Positions 36,715 to 47,595 of a stretch of 60,898 nucleotides of DNA are shown piece by piece. The notes beneath the pieces were generated by a model. It made no database searches, was not told where the DNA came from, and saw only the letters and a list, made by a program, of their open reading frames with translations. Numbering within the stretch: position 1 is the stretch's first letter; every line of letters begins with the position of its first letter. The translations under genes and the position numbers were made by a program. Source of the DNA: Lentisphaeria bacterium (GTDB lineage: Bacteria > Verrucomicrobiota > Lentisphaeria > Victivallales > JAADHT01); assembly GCA_015486135.1 (NCBI GenBank), contig WFSE01000044.1, positions 1 through 60,898 of the forward strand, written 5' to 3'.

Positions 36715-37689
36715 ATGGAAAATATCCTAGTTGCCGGGGGCGCTGGCTACATAGGCAGTGCATGCGTGGAGTACCTGTTGGACAGGGGGTTTGAGGTTGT
36801 TGTATTCGACTCGCTGGCCACTGGCCATCGGGCCGCCGTGGACAAGCGAGCCGAGTTTGTCGAGGGCGACTTGAACGACAGGGAAAAAATCATTTCCGTT
36901 GTTGGTGAGGGGAATTTCAGTGGCATCATGCATTTCGCGGCGTATTCGCTCGTTGGGGAATCGATGGAGAATCCAGGGAAGTATTTTAGCAACAACTTGG
37001 GTGCTGGCATAAACCTTCTTGACGCTGCCGTCGAAGGAAATGTCGAATCGTTCGTGTTCTCGAGTACTTGCGCCACCTACGGCGATCCAACGCAGGTGCC
37101 CATCCCGGAAACGGAGAAGCAAGACCCGATAAACCCCTATGGGGAATCCAAGCTAATGTTCGAGAGGGCCTTGAAATGGTACAATCGCATCTTTGGCTTG
37201 AAATACGCGGCGTTGCGCTATTTCAATGCCGCCGGAGCGACAGGTGCTTTCGGGGAGGACCATAGGCCGGAGACCCACCTTATACCATTGGTTCTACAAG
37301 TCGCCTTGGGCAAAAGGGATGCCATCAAAATCTTTGGAGATGATTATCCGACGCGTGATGGCACGTGCGTAAGGGATTATATACACATTTTGGATTTGGC
37401 CCAAGCGCATATGCTCGCTCTTGAGGCCCCTGAAAGCGGCCATTACAATCTTGGCACGGGGAACGGGTTGACAGTAAAAGAGATAATAGATACGGCAAGA
37501 GAAGTTACGGGCCATGCCATTCCCGCGGAGAACGCCGCTAGGCGTCCTGGCGACCCCCCGGAACTTATTGGCCAGTCGGAGCGGGCGAAAAACGTGCTTG
37601 GCTGGAAGCCGGAATTCGAGAATGCCAAGGACATAATAGCTTCGGCTTGGGAATGGATGCGCGAGCATCCTGACGGTTACGAAAGCTAG
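36715..37689 (+). CDS. galE: UDP-glucose 4-epimerase
   Basis: MENILVAGGAGYIGS, YGESK and RYFNAAG motifs; start set at the ATG at 36715. Confidence 0.9.
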   Translation: MENILVAGGAGYIGSACVEYLLDRGFEVVVFDSLATGHRAAVDKRAEFVEGDLNDREKIISVVGEGNFSGIMHFAAYSLVGESMENPGKYFSNNLGAGINLLDAAVEGNVESFVFSSTCATYGDPTQVPIPETEKQDPINPYGESKLMFERALKWYNRIFGLKYAALRYFNAAGATGAFGEDHRPETHLIPLVLQVALGKRDAIKIFGDDYPTRDGTCVRDYIHILDLAQAHMLALEAPESGHYNLGTGNGLTVKEIIDTAREVTGHAIPAENAARRPGDPPELIGQSERAKNVLGWKPEFENAKDIIASAWEWMREHPDGYES

Positions 37690-37776
37690 TTGCGCCAGTC
37701 CAGGACACCCGCATTCAAACTAAAGAAGGTTTACTGAAAAAGTAGGAAACGAGCCGATTCTCCGTCGCCGCCAAGC

Positions 37777-37886
37777 GGCTTTCGCGGGATTGGCGAGCGC
37801 GTTGCAATTGAATGAAAGGCATTAACCGTCTCCAGGGGATTTGGAGAAAGTCCTCCAAAAATCTTGGAGACACCATTAATAAAGGG
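37777..37886. repeat. degenerate family-A element (A6)
   Basis: GGCTTTCGCGGGATTGGCGAGCGC...TCTCCAGGGGATTTGGAGAAAGTCCTCCAAAAATCTTGGAGACACC. It accounts for the spurious 5' extension of the yggS ORF. Confidence 0.6.
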
Positions 37887-37898
37887 ATCGACGGAAAT

Positions 37899-38588
37899 AT
37901 GGGATTCGACCACGTCAAAACCAATCTCGAAAAAACACTTGAGCGCATATCCTTGGCCGCCGAAAGGGTGGGGCGCTCTCCTGACGAGGTGGTTCTCGTA
38001 GCGGTTAGCAAAACGTTCCCTTTTGAAGCGGTGGAGGCTGCCGCCGCCGCTGGTCAAAGGATCTTCGGAGAGAATCGCGTTCAGGAGCTAGCTGCGAAAG
38101 TTGAGACCGCGACGGAAAAATTCGAGTGGCATCTTATCGGCCACTTGCAAAGCAACAAGGCCGGGAAAGCGGTCCGTTTGGCGGATATGATCCATTCGGT
38201 GGATTCGTCCAAGTTAGCCGCGAGGATTGCGACGGCGGCGAGGGATCTTGGAATAGTCTCGAAAATCCTTTTAGAAGTGAACGTGTCCGGGGAGAAGTCG
38301 AAATTCGGTTTGTCCTCAAGCGATGTCAAGTCTGTGGCGGAAGCCATTATGGCGGAAGAAAGCCTGGAGTTGCGAGGGCTTATGACCATGGCACCATTTG
38401 GCGCCTCGGAATTGGAGTCGCGCCAAATATTTTCCACGTTGAGGGGGATGAGAGATGTACTGGAGACGGCGTTGGGAGTGGCGCTTCCCGAACTATCCAT
38501 GGGAATGAGTTCCGATTTTGAGCCCGCTATTTTAGAGGGGGCTACTTTAGTCCGCATCGGAACCGCTATCTTCGGTGATAGGAATTGA
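37899..38588 (+). CDS. yggS: YggS family pyridoxal-phosphate homeostasis protein
   Basis: VVLVAVSKTFP (PLP-Lys), IFGENRVQE and WHLIGHLQSNK motifs. Confidence 0.85.
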   Translation: MGFDHVKTNLEKTLERISLAAERVGRSPDEVVLVAVSKTFPFEAVEAAAAAGQRIFGENRVQELAAKVETATEKFEWHLIGHLQSNKAGKAVRLADMIHSVDSSKLAARIATAARDLGIVSKILLEVNVSGEKSKFGLSSSDVKSVAEAIMAEESLELRGLMTMAPFGASELESRQIFSTLRGMRDVLETALGVALPELSMGMSSDFEPAILEGATLVRIGTAIFGDRN

Positions 38589-38689
38589 TAGTCTTCCCTT
38601 CCCCGACGTATTGTAAAAACGTGGTAAGGCGATAGTTTTACGGGTTGTCATCTCCCATTGCGGGATTGGTGTCAAAACGGAGAGAGAAT

Positions 38690-39937
38690 GTGGCTTCGAA
38701 ACATCAAGAGAACGTTGTCGTAACTGGCAGGGGAGTTGTTTCTCCCTTGGGGAACGGCTTGGAAGTGAATGAACGGGCCTTGATGGAGGGGAGGACGGGA
38801 ACGGTTTTCATGCCCGAGTGGCAGGACGTGCATCTTGAAAGCAACGTGGCTGGAAAGCCGGATGACAATCCCGAATGCCCCCTGATAGACAAGAAGACCG
38901 CGCGTTTCACCACGCCTGGCGGGAAAATGGCCTTGGCTGCCACTTACGAGGCCATAACCGAGGCTGGCTTCACTCCGGAATCGATAAAAGGGACCCGGGC
39001 GGCCGTGGTGTTGGGGAATGGCGGTAGCACCTTTATTCACGTGCACGAGGGTGGCATGACTTTGCTGCGCACGCAGAAAGTCAAACGGGTCACGCCGTTT
39101 ATCGTTCCACGCGCCATGAACTCCTCTGCCACCGCAAACATATCCCTTACTTTGGGCTTAACCGGGGAGACTTATGCTATCAGCTCCGCTTGCGCTAGTG
39201 GTTCCCACGCAATAATGATTGCCACGAGGCTTGTACGGGACGGACTCTACGATATCGTGATTACCGGAGGTTCGGAAGAGGTCAATTGGCTTAACGCTTT
39301 GGGCTTCGACGCTATGAAAGCGCTGTCCAGGAAATATAATTCCACTCCGGAACGGGCTAGCAGACCGTTCGACAAGGGGCGCGACGGGTTCGTTTTGGCT
39401 GGAGGAGCGGGAATCATTGTTTTGGAATCGGAGACGTATGCCGCAAAACGGGGAGCGAAACCTATATCCCGCATTTCCGGCGTGGCCGCCAATAGCAATG
39501 CAATCGACATGGTGGTGCCGAGCAACGATTCTGCCAAAAACGTAATGGCTGCCGCAATCCACGACGCTGGATTGAAGCCAGAGGATATTGGATATATCAA
39601 CACTCACGGTACCGCCACGCCAGTTGGAGACCCTATCGAAATGAAGGCTATAGAGGGGCTTATGGGAAAGAGTGCCGGCGATGTTTTGGTAAATAGCACG
39701 AAATCGATGACGGGGCACTTGATAGGGGCGACTGGCGCTGTCGAGACCGTTTTCTGCTCGCAAATGCTCGAAAAGGATTTCGTGTGTCCCACCGCCAATC
39801 TCGAGGATCCTGAAGACGATTTCGCATGGGCGAATTTGCCGACGGAAACCGTGAGGGGGACGGGAATACGCCATGCGCTCAACAACAGCTTTGGTTTTGG
39901 GGGAACGAATGTTGCCCTTGTTGTATCCAAGGTTTGA
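38690..39937 (+). CDS. fabF: beta-ketoacyl-ACP synthase II-like (KAS I/II family)
   Basis: VVVTGRGVVSPLGNG, ISSACASGSHAI, NTHGTATPVGD, KSMTGHLIGATG and NSFGFGGTNVALV. A GTG start at 38690, 5 nt after GGAGAG, is preferred over the track TTG at 38645. Confidence 0.85.
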   Translation: MASKHQENVVVTGRGVVSPLGNGLEVNERALMEGRTGTVFMPEWQDVHLESNVAGKPDDNPECPLIDKKTARFTTPGGKMALAATYEAITEAGFTPESIKGTRAAVVLGNGGSTFIHVHEGGMTLLRTQKVKRVTPFIVPRAMNSSATANISLTLGLTGETYAISSACASGSHAIMIATRLVRDGLYDIVITGGSEEVNWLNALGFDAMKALSRKYNSTPERASRPFDKGRDGFVLAGGAGIIVLESETYAAKRGAKPISRISGVAANSNAIDMVVPSNDSAKNVMAAAIHDAGLKPEDIGYINTHGTATPVGDPIEMKAIEGLMGKSAGDVLVNSTKSMTGHLIGATGAVETVFCSQMLEKDFVCPTANLEDPEDDFAWANLPTETVRGTGIRHALNNSFGFGGTNVALVVSKV

Positions 39938-40063
39938 CCAAAAAAGTGTTATCGTATGCGATATTTGCGAGGGAAGGCTCCAAGGATGTTTGACTTGGGG
40001 CTTGCTGAATAAGCCAAAGGAGCACTTGTCGTGCTCTGGGACGAAATTAGGGAGGATGTTGAA

Positions 40064-40615
40064 ATGACTGCTAGAAATGCCTTTGGGGTCAGCGTGGTTT
40101 TGGTTGTATTTGCGCTTTCCGCGCCCTCCACGTGCTTGTTCGGAGGTGGCAGAGATGCCTCTGCGGCTAAAAAGATCAAGCCAATAGATATGAGCAAAGC
40201 GGATGTTGAAAAATTCATGAAGGTCTTGCCGGCTCTTTGCAAGCTTTTTCAGAAAATAGGCCAAAGTGCGTCCACATCCCCTCAATCCAATCCTCAAGCG
40301 GTGGCCCAAGCTCTTGTGACGAACGCCAAGGTGGGAAAATTCGCAACCACCCATGGATACGCTAGCTCCGAATCCCTTATGAGGGCGTATGCGGGCGTGA
40401 TGTCGGCTTTCTGCTACCTCCAAATGAAAGAGATGCAGCGCAACTTGGCACAACTCCCTCCTAGTGTGGCTGGCGCAATGGCTCCGCAACTGAAAAAAGC
40501 GGAAGGTATGATGCGGAAGCAAAAAAAGCTTGTGACACCGCAAACTATCGAATCCGTCAAGCCGCACATGCAGGCTATTTTAGCAACGGTAAAGACGGCG
40601 TATTCGGGGAAATAA
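40064..40615 (+). CDS. hypothetical secreted protein
   Basis: GGGAGGA RBS, then a signal-peptide-like N-terminus (MTARNAFGVSVVLVVFALSAPS) and a helical, Ala/Lys/Gln-rich mature part. No recognisable motif. Confidence 0.5.
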   Translation: MTARNAFGVSVVLVVFALSAPSTCLFGGGRDASAAKKIKPIDMSKADVEKFMKVLPALCKLFQKIGQSASTSPQSNPQAVAQALVTNAKVGKFATTHGYASSESLMRAYAGVMSAFCYLQMKEMQRNLAQLPPSVAGAMAPQLKKAEGMMRKQKKLVTPQTIESVKPHMQAILATVKTAYSGK

Positions 40616-40790
40616 GGCTCGCTGCAAACCTTGAAAACGGGTTGTTGGTAGCTCCTCTTTCGCTAGGGCTGCCACCGTCGCCAAGGGGGTTGGAAAAATG
40701 CTCCCGACTCTTGGAAACGACACCACAAAAAAACGTGGAACACCATGAGAATAAGGCTCTTGCCAATTATTCAGCAGGCCCTAATTGTCC
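40616..40790. repeat. composite repeat: family-B-like segment followed by degenerate family-A half (B5+A7)
   Basis: It starts immediately after the TAA stop with GGCTCGCTGCAAACCTTGAAAACGGGTTGTTGGTAGC, continues ...CCAAGGGGGTTGG..CTCCCGACTCTTGGAAACGACACC... and ends with GGCTCTTGCCAATTATTCAGCAGGCCC followed by TAA. Confidence 0.6.
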
Positions 40791-40882
40791 AGGGGGGCTC
40801 AATTAATCAGGAATTCTTGGATGAATCGACGCGTTTTCCGCATCCCAACCATCCTCGCGCTAGGTTCCAGTTTTAAAAGGAC

Positions 40883-43558
40883 ATGGCTATGCTCGGCAAC
40901 AAAGACGAAATGTCGCTGAAAGAGATATTGCCGTTGCTCGCCCTGTTGGCTATCGTCCTCGTCTTACCTCTGCTCAGTCTGCGTTTTTTCGAGCACAACT
41001 GGAGCGAGTTGCATTGGAACGCCCCCACTGAAATAGCCATGGCCGAGTGGACCGCGGCGTTTTTGAACATATTCCTATTTTTGCTTTTCATCGAGCACGC
41101 CAGAAGTTCGGGAAGGTACGTTTTCGCCCCGATGGCATGCGGGTTTTTGGCAATGGGGACAATTGGCTTCGTGCTTGCCCTCGCCCCCCCTGGGAGCGAA
41201 TTGGCGACATGGTTGCGTTTTTTTTCCATTATGCTGGGATCAGTATGTTTCTCGTTTTCAATTCCCGCCCGAAAGTGGCGGCAGTTCGAACTCGCTGGGA
41301 TGTTGGCCAAGATGACCTTGCCGGCTTTTCTTCTGGCTATTTTGGCGGCTTGGGTTCCTTTCTCAATAAAGCAACTTCTTCCACAGATGCTCGGTGTCAA
41401 CGGCAAGCTTACCCTTTTCTGCTCCATAATGCTCATGGTGCCGTGCGCATTTTTCTTTTTCACGTCTCTGTTTTGGCTCCACGAGTATCTAGCGAGGAAA
41501 AGCCGTATAGCGTTTCTTATCTCTGTGATCGTCATGGTGTTCGCCCAAATGACGCTTTTTATGAGATCCGCCGAGACTTGGGGGGTACTTTGGTGGATTT
41601 GGCATGTGGTATGGGTGGTCGATTTGCTTTTGGCATGCGTCTACCTGCTAGCTCTAAGCGTGATTCATTCTATTGTCTGGAAATTGATGCTTTCCTTGGG
41701 ATTGGCTTTTTCGTTGACTGTCATGTTGGCGTCGGGAATAATCCAATCCAACTCGGAAAAAACTGCGCTGAAAACGTTCATGCAGCGTCTTCACGAACGG
41801 CACAAGAAACTCCTGATGGAGAGGGATTCAAGCTTCAAATTCGCCGATTATATGTTGAGAACGATGTCTAACGATGCAAAAGACATTTCGGAAAGAGGCA
41901 ATATGCTGGAGCAGCTAAAATGTCGACTGGACCAGCGCGAAAAAGAATGGGAGGGAATGGCCGAATGCTTTGGCTTTGTAACGGATGAAACCACCGTTTC
42001 CCTGCCTGTAAAGAAGAAGTTATGCGGAGAGAAATTAAAGTCGCTGTTAAAGACTTTGGACACCACCTCTCTCCGGAAGGGCCATGTTAAATGGGGGACA
42101 ATACGTTATTTGCCGAAGCTTAAACGTTTTTTATCCGTGGCTAGCACGCCATTCCGCATGAAAGGCCTGTACGGTAAATTCTTCGTCGTGGTTGACGTGT
42201 CTAGCATAATGGAGCCGTTACTCCCGAATCGCAAAAACTCTATTTCCCCCGAACCGTGCGTGGTGTATGATTTGGACACCGCGAAAATATTGTTCGCATT
42301 GCTTCCGGGCGCGCGTCGGGTCATTCCGGCCGTTGATATGTCGGAACAGAGCCGAAATATTGCGACTAAGCTAGTGGCGGCAACCTTTGGCATGACGGAT
42401 AGAGGGAAAACCATAGTAGTGTCAACACCGAAAAAAAAGTTTTTCATTTCGGCGAACCAAGAGACCCCTCCGGGATGGGGTGTTATCAAGTTCGCCGACT
42501 TTGACCAATTCCCAGCTGTCAAATCGGAATCCAGATATTTTTTCATCGCTGTAAGCATGCCGGCTCTTCTCTGTGGGTTCGTAGTACTTTTGCTCCTGTT
42601 GCACAAACAGCTCTCGCAACCCCTCAGCGAGCTTATACGGGCTACAAGGAGGCTGGAGTCGGGTGACTTTAACGTCAATATCAAAACAAAAGACTCCACC
42701 GAAATTGGCGCTATTGCCCAAGCATTCAATAATATGGCCACAAAATTGAAGCAGCTGTACCTGGACTTGGCGGAAACCGTCGAAATGCGCACGGAGGCAC
42801 TGGAAAATGCGAAAAAAGCGAACACCGCTAAAACCTCCTTTTTCCAAAATGTCAGCCATGAGCTTCGGACGCCATTGCATGGAATTCTCAGTTTCGCCAG
42901 GCTTGGCAGTCGGCTCGATTTCGCGGCCAACGCTGAGAAAACACGCAAATACTTCAACAACATTCACGCTAGCGGAGAGCGCTTGATGAATATGTTGAAT
43001 TCCATCCTGGATCTGGCCAAACTCGAATCTGGACACATGAATTTCAAATTCCAATACGCCAACCTACATGCTCCCTTGCTAAGAGTGGCTGGGGAAATGA
43101 AAGGGGCGTTCGACGAGCGAGGCGTTTCTCTTGTCATACCGGACCGGACACAAGATATGGAAGCCATGTTCGATCCGGAAATGATGGCAAGGGTGTTCTC
43201 CAACCTGATTGGTAACGCGCTGAAGATGTCCCCGGAAAACTCCAAAGTGACCGTGGAGATAAAAAGGCTTGATGATCGAATCGAGGTGGCGATTCGAGAC
43301 AAAGGACCGGGAGTGCCAGTGGAGGAGCTCAACAACATATTCAATAAATTTGTGCAGGAAGAGGCGGGGCGTCACAGGGGGGGCACGGGCTTGGGCCTTC
43401 CTATATGCAGGGAGATAATCCTGGCGCATGGTGGCACCATATCTGCTGCCAATCGCGATGGCAATGGCGCTGTTTTCACTTTCTGTATCCCGGTGAAAAC
43501 CCAATCCCAAAAGAGGAAAGGCTCTGACAACGATGAGAGAAAAACTCAACAAAGCTAA
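40883..43558 (+). CDS. multi-TM sensor histidine kinase (HAMP-HisKA-HATPase)
   Basis: About 8 N-terminal TM helices and a second TM pair plus HAMP. H-box FFQNVSHELRTPLHGI, N-box NLIGNALKMS, then DKGPGV and GGTGLGLPICREII. Start at 40883 or 40889. Confidence 0.85.
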   Translation: MAMLGNKDEMSLKEILPLLALLAIVLVLPLLSLRFFEHNWSELHWNAPTEIAMAEWTAAFLNIFLFLLFIEHARSSGRYVFAPMACGFLAMGTIGFVLALAPPGSELATWLRFFSIMLGSVCFSFSIPARKWRQFELAGMLAKMTLPAFLLAILAAWVPFSIKQLLPQMLGVNGKLTLFCSIMLMVPCAFFFFTSLFWLHEYLARKSRIAFLISVIVMVFAQMTLFMRSAETWGVLWWIWHVVWVVDLLLACVYLLALSVIHSIVWKLMLSLGLAFSLTVMLASGIIQSNSEKTALKTFMQRLHERHKKLLMERDSSFKFADYMLRTMSNDAKDISERGNMLEQLKCRLDQREKEWEGMAECFGFVTDETTVSLPVKKKLCGEKLKSLLKTLDTTSLRKGHVKWGTIRYLPKLKRFLSVASTPFRMKGLYGKFFVVVDVSSIMEPLLPNRKNSISPEPCVVYDLDTAKILFALLPGARRVIPAVDMSEQSRNIATKLVAATFGMTDRGKTIVVSTPKKKFFISANQETPPGWGVIKFADFDQFPAVKSESRYFFIAVSMPALLCGFVVLLLLLHKQLSQPLSELIRATRRLESGDFNVNIKTKDSTEIGAIAQAFNNMATKLKQLYLDLAETVEMRTEALENAKKANTAKTSFFQNVSHELRTPLHGILSFARLGSRLDFAANAEKTRKYFNNIHASGERLMNMLNSILDLAKLESGHMNFKFQYANLHAPLLRVAGEMKGAFDERGVSLVIPDRTQDMEAMFDPEMMARVFSNLIGNALKMSPENSKVTVEIKRLDDRIEVAIRDKGPGVPVEELNNIFNKFVQEEAGRHRGGTGLGLPICREIILAHGGTISAANRDGNGAVFTFCIPVKTQSQKRKGSDNDERKTQQS

Positions 43559-44642
43559 AATCCTAGTGGTGGATGACGATCCTCTCAACGTCGAGATTAT
43601 CGAGGAGATATTACGTCCCAAATACGAAATTCTCTCCGTGAGTTCAGGAGCGAGGGCCCTGAAGGCGACCGCCGAATTCCGGCCCGATATAGTGCTTTTG
43701 GATATAATGATGCCCGAGATGGACGGTTACGAAGTATGCAGGCGTATCAGAGGAAACGACCAATTGTCCCTGACAAAGATAATTCTCGTGTCGGCGAAAC
43801 CAATGTTGGAGGACCGCATGGAAGGCTACAAGGCCGGAGCGGACGACTATGTAACGAAACCTTTCAACCCGGAAGAACTCTTAGCGAAAGTGAAAGTTTT
43901 CCTGAGATTGAAATCTATAGAAGAGGTGGAAAGAATTAAATCCGACCTGATTAGCGTCTTCTCGCATGAGACAAGAACCCCGTTGAACTCCATTCTGGGG
44001 TTTGCCAAGCTTCTTCTGGAAAACCAATCCCTTTCACAAGCGGAAGAGGAGGCGCTGACGCATATCCGCAAAAACGGCGAGGAAATGCTGAACCTCGTTG
44101 ATAAAACCATTCTTCTGTCCCACCTCAAAGATGGCAGGGAACAAATGAAATCGCACAAGATATTGCTCGAACGGCTTTTGGGGATGGCGATTGAAAGGGT
44201 CGGAGCCGAATTGCGCTACGGCAATGTTTCCCTGGACGTGGCTCCGTTCATGGACGTTGTGGTGGACGTGGATGAGAACCTCATGGTGACGGCCATCGCT
44301 TGCCTGCTAGGCAAAGCCGCAAAGTTGGCGGAACTCGGGTCTGTTATCAAGATAACCGCTGGCAACGATTATGGATGCGATAACGAAGTGTCTATTATGG
44401 TGGAGGCAAAAGGAACCCCTGTCGGAGAATCGGCAATCCCTTGCGAATCGTTCCCGTTCCTTGTGGGAGATGTTGCGCATCATGGAAGGGGAAGCGGGGG
44501 GCTAGACCTTTACATCGCCGATCATGTCATTGAGGCCCACAACGGAAAAATGTACCTAGAGTCTCAAGGCGCTACCACCCGCTTTGTCCTAACCCTCCCA
44601 CGCGCTACCTCGGACGTGCCGGAAAATTCAACATCGGATTAG
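43533..44642 (+). CDS. response-regulator receiver fused to HisKA and a degenerate HATPase-like domain
   Basis: REC domain: ILVVDDD, DIVLLDIMMPEMDG, DDYVTKPF. HisKA: VFSHETRTPLNSILGF. In the C-terminal domain the N-box Asn is not visible (ACLLGKAAKLA) and the G-boxes are degenerate (GSGGLDLYIA). It overlaps the HK gene by 26 nt. Confidence 0.8.
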   Translation: MREKLNKAKILVVDDDPLNVEIIEEILRPKYEILSVSSGARALKATAEFRPDIVLLDIMMPEMDGYEVCRRIRGNDQLSLTKIILVSAKPMLEDRMEGYKAGADDYVTKPFNPEELLAKVKVFLRLKSIEEVERIKSDLISVFSHETRTPLNSILGFAKLLLENQSLSQAEEEALTHIRKNGEEMLNLVDKTILLSHLKDGREQMKSHKILLERLLGMAIERVGAELRYGNVSLDVAPFMDVVVDVDENLMVTAIACLLGKAAKLAELGSVIKITAGNDYGCDNEVSIMVEAKGTPVGESAIPCESFPFLVGDVAHHGRGSGGLDLYIADHVIEAHNGKMYLESQGATTRFVLTLPRATSDVPENSTSD

Positions 44643-44790
44643 AGCTTGCTCGGAATTGGCAAGCGCCTTAAATCGTTAGTCGGCTCCAAGGGTTTTTGGG
44701 AGGTTTGCTCCCAAAACCTTGGAGACGACACCATTGAAAAGGAATTTAACCCAATGAAAATAAAACACTTGCCAATTATTCAGTGAGCCC
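44643..44790. mobile_element. full-length family-A MITE-like element (A8, reverse orientation)
   Basis: The G of the TAG stop is followed by AGCTTGCTCGGAATTGGCAAGCGCC...CTCCAAGGGTTTTTGGGAGGTTTGCTCCCAAAACCTTGGAGACGACACC...CACTTGCCAATTATTCAGTGAGCCC, then TAA. Confidence 0.8.
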
Positions 44791-44821
44791 TAACTATCCA
44801 GTGAGTCCCACAATAGAAAAA

Positions 44822-44883
44822 ATCGATACTACCGATATGTCGATAGTACCGATTTATTTTTCAAAACATGCGAACGTATGTGC
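44822..44883. repeat. family-C repeat
   Basis: ATCGATACTACCGATATGTCGATAGTACCGATTTATTTTTCAAAACATGCGAACGTATGTG parallels 6478-6532. It abuts the hppA stop codon. Confidence 0.7.
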
Positions 44884-47306
44884 TAGAGCGATTGGAAAAA
44901 CTGCTTCAAAGCACCCTGAATCACTGGCGAAAACTTCACCACTACCGGAGAGAACACGACACTGACCATCGTCATCAGCTTGATAAGGATGTTCAGAGAA
45001 GGACCGGAGGTGTCTTTGCAAGGATCACCAACGGTATCGCCTGTGACTCCGGCCTTGTGAGCGTCGGAGCCTTTTCCGCCATGATGGCCTTTTTCAATGT
45101 ATTTTTTTGCGTTGTCCCACGCTCCACCAGCGTTGTTCAGCATGGTTGCCAGAGAGAATCCCGCAACAAGTCCTCCAGCGAGCAGTCCCACGACTCCGGC
45201 AACCCCGAAGCACAACCCCGTTACCACTGGCACTATTATCGCAAGCAGAGAAGGTACTATCATCTCCTTCTGCGCTCCAGCTGTCGATATCTCGACGCAT
45301 CTAGCGTAGTCCGGCTTGCCGGTGCCCTCGATAATCCCTGGGATATCCTTGAACTGCCGGCGAACCTCGTTGACCATGGCACCGGCCGCGCGACCTACCG
45401 CCTTCATCGTCATCGCACAGAACACGAACGCCATCATCGCGCCAATGAACAATCCGCACAGCAGCATCGGATTCATCAGATGCAGTTGGAACCAGCCGAC
45501 GAAATCAAGCACCGTCGCCTTCTCCGCCTGCTTGGCGGTGACTTCAACCCCATGACGGACAAAATATGTTCCTCCGGAACCAGCGAGCTTCACAACCCAG
45601 ATCCGGACTTCTTCGATATAAGCCGCTAGCAACGCCATCGCCGTCAGCGCAGCGGAACCAATAGCGAATCCTTTGCCTATGGCCGCCGTCGTGTTGCCAA
45701 GCATGTCCAAAGCGTCGGTCTTTTTGCGGACATCCTCGCCTAGCTCCGACATCTCGGCGTTGCCACCGGCGTTGTCTGCTATCGGCCCGTAGGCGTCGGT
45801 TGCGAGAGAAAAGCCTAGCGTTGCAAGCATACCAACCGCAGCGAAGCCAATTCCATACAGGCCCATCATGAAATTGTCGAACCCGCCGGAAAAACCAAAT
45901 GCGCAGATGATACCAATAACAATCGTTATCACCGGTCCGCCAGTGGAGAACATCCCCACCGCCAATCCGTCGATAATCGTCGTGGCGTGCCCCATATTGG
46001 CCTGGTCCGCTATCCCTTGGGTGGGCTTGTACTCGTCCGAGGTGTAGTACTCGGTCATTTTCCCTATGACGCATCCCGCCACTAGACCCGCTATAACCGC
46101 GAACGCCACCCCGAACGGAATAATACCCCAGTGCGCCAATCCCAAACATGCCAAAGCTATACCGATGGTGCTACCCCACAACGGCCAAGTCAGGGAGTTC
46201 ATTAGCGTCTTCATGTCCGTCTTTTCTTTCGTGCGCACCGCCAAGCAAGCTATAATGGAGATGATGATTCCCACCCCGGCCACGATCATGGGGGCCGTGA
46301 CGAACCGGATGGCCTTTTCCAAACTCTGCGCTTGCATGCCAACCGCTGCGCCAAGTGACGCGGTCGCCAAAATGGAACCGCAATAGGATTCGTAGAGGTC
46401 GGCGCCCATACCCGCCACGTCTCCGACGTTGTCGCCGACGTTGTCCGCGATTGTCGCGGGATTTCGGGGATCGTCCTCGGGGATGCCGGCCTCGACCTTA
46501 CCGACCAAGTCCGCGCCGACATCGGCGGCTTTCGTGTATATACCGCCACCAACCCTGGCGAACAACGCCTGCGTCGAAGCGCCCATTCCGAACGTTATCA
46601 TCGTCGTGGTTATATGGACCATCTTGTCGAGTTCCGTGCAGTGCGCGGGGACGATGGTCATGCCTAGGAATTTTAATGGCTCGGGCTGGAGCAGGTGCGC
46701 TGGGGAATAGACGAAACTGTCGAGTAGATAATACCACATGCAGATATCAAGCAGGCCAAGCCCGACCACGACAAGCCCCATAACCGCTCCGGAACGGAAA
46801 GCCACGCGCAAACCGCGGTTAAGGCTCTCCGTGGCGGCTTGCGTCGTCCGGGCCGATGCGTTTGTCGCGGTTTTCATCCCTATGTAGCCACAAAGGCCGG
46901 AGAAGAATCCTCCAGTCAAAAACGCGACCGGAACAAACGGATTCTGTATGCCGAATACGGCCAGAACCCCTAGAATCACCATCAATATAATGAATACCAC
47001 GAACACAACTTTGTATTGCCGCCAGAGATACGCCATGGCACCTTCGCGGACATAACCCGCAATCTCTTTCATCTTGTCCGTGCCCTCGCTGGAACGCATC
47101 ATGCTTTGATAGAAAAAGCGAGCGAACACGAGCGCCATCACCGCTGCTATGGGCGCTACCCACCAAATCTTCGGGGTGGCGGAGGGTATATCGGTGATAG
47201 TTGTCTCATCCAGCAGCATACTGGCGCCACCGGCGGGGGCAACCTGAGACCAAACGGATAACGACAACAACAACAATCCCATCAAGATAAAAGCAATTTT
47301 TTTCAT
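44883..47306 (-). CDS. hppA: membrane-bound (V-type) inorganic pyrophosphatase, ion-pumping
   Basis: [55 protein letters not shown] and [22 protein letters not shown]. The [10 protein letters not shown] motif has Ala, which as I recall marks the K+-dependent (H+ or Na+) clade. There is an extra signal-peptide-like N-terminal helix. Confidence 0.95.
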   Translation of the reverse strand: MKKIAFILMGLLLLSLSVWSQVAPAGGASMLLDETTITDIPSATPKIWWVAPIAAVMALVFARFFYQSMMRSSEGTDKMKEIAGYVREGAMAYLWRQYKVVFVVFIILMVILGVLAVFGIQNPFVPVAFLTGGFFSGLCGYIGMKTATNASARTTQAATESLNRGLRVAFRSGAVMGLVVVGLGLLDICMWYYLLDSFVYSPAHLLQPEPLKFLGMTIVPAHCTELDKMVHITTTMITFGMGASTQALFARVGGGIYTKAADVGADLVGKVEAGIPEDDPRNPATIADNVGDNVGDVAGMGADLYESYCGSILATASLGAAVGMQAQSLEKAIRFVTAPMIVAGVGIIISIIACLAVRTKEKTDMKTLMNSLTWPLWGSTIGIALACLGLAHWGIIPFGVAFAVIAGLVAGCVIGKMTEYYTSDEYKPTQGIADQANMGHATTIIDGLAVGMFSTGGPVITIVIGIICAFGFSGGFDNFMMGLYGIGFAAVGMLATLGFSLATDAYGPIADNAGGNAEMSELGEDVRKKTDALDMLGNTTAAIGKGFAIGSAALTAMALLAAYIEEVRIWVVKLAGSGGTYFVRHGVEVTAKQAEKATVLDFVGWFQLHLMNPMLLCGLFIGAMMAFVFCAMTMKAVGRAAGAMVNEVRRQFKDIPGIIEGTGKPDYARCVEISTAGAQKEMIVPSLLAIIVPVVTGLCFGVAGVVGLLAGGLVAGFSLATMLNNAGGAWDNAKKYIEKGHHGGKGSDAHKAGVTGDTVGDPCKDTSGPSLNILIKLMTMVSVVFSPVVVKFSPVIQGALKQFFQSL

Positions 47307-47595
47307 GCACCTCTCCCGCGTTAGTAATGCGCCACCACCACGCTGACGCTAAAAAATCCGCCTACGATACTAACCAGACGCGAAAAATCAACACCCCGAA
47401 AGGACGGTTTTGCAAAGAAACTCCCAGCGACTACTGAAAACAGGGGGCGGGATTAGCGCTTCTGACGGTTCCGCCAGGAAAGCCAAAGTGCAAAACCGAC
47501 CCCCCTTTTACTTCACGCTCTGTTTGTTTTTATCCAGTGGCGGGACCCCCTCTACCCGCAACACGAAGGGGGGCCTACCCGAGAAACGACGGACC

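Noticed and set aside
39158-40567. 469-aa ORF on the minus strand, the longest unexplained ORF in the track
   Set aside because: It lies antisense to the well-supported fabF 3' half and the following secreted-protein gene. It is Arg/His/Ser/Gly-rich with no recognisable motif, which is a typical shadow ORF in GC-rich coding DNA.
40873-41871. 220-aa minus-strand and 274-aa alternative-frame plus-strand ORFs
   Set aside because: They overlap the TM region of the sensor kinase and show no motifs. The kinase frame is continuous and better supported.
42106-43054. Two overlapping minus-strand ORFs (285 and 210 aa)
   Set aside because: Both lie antisense inside the histidine kinase gene, which has clear H, N and G boxes.
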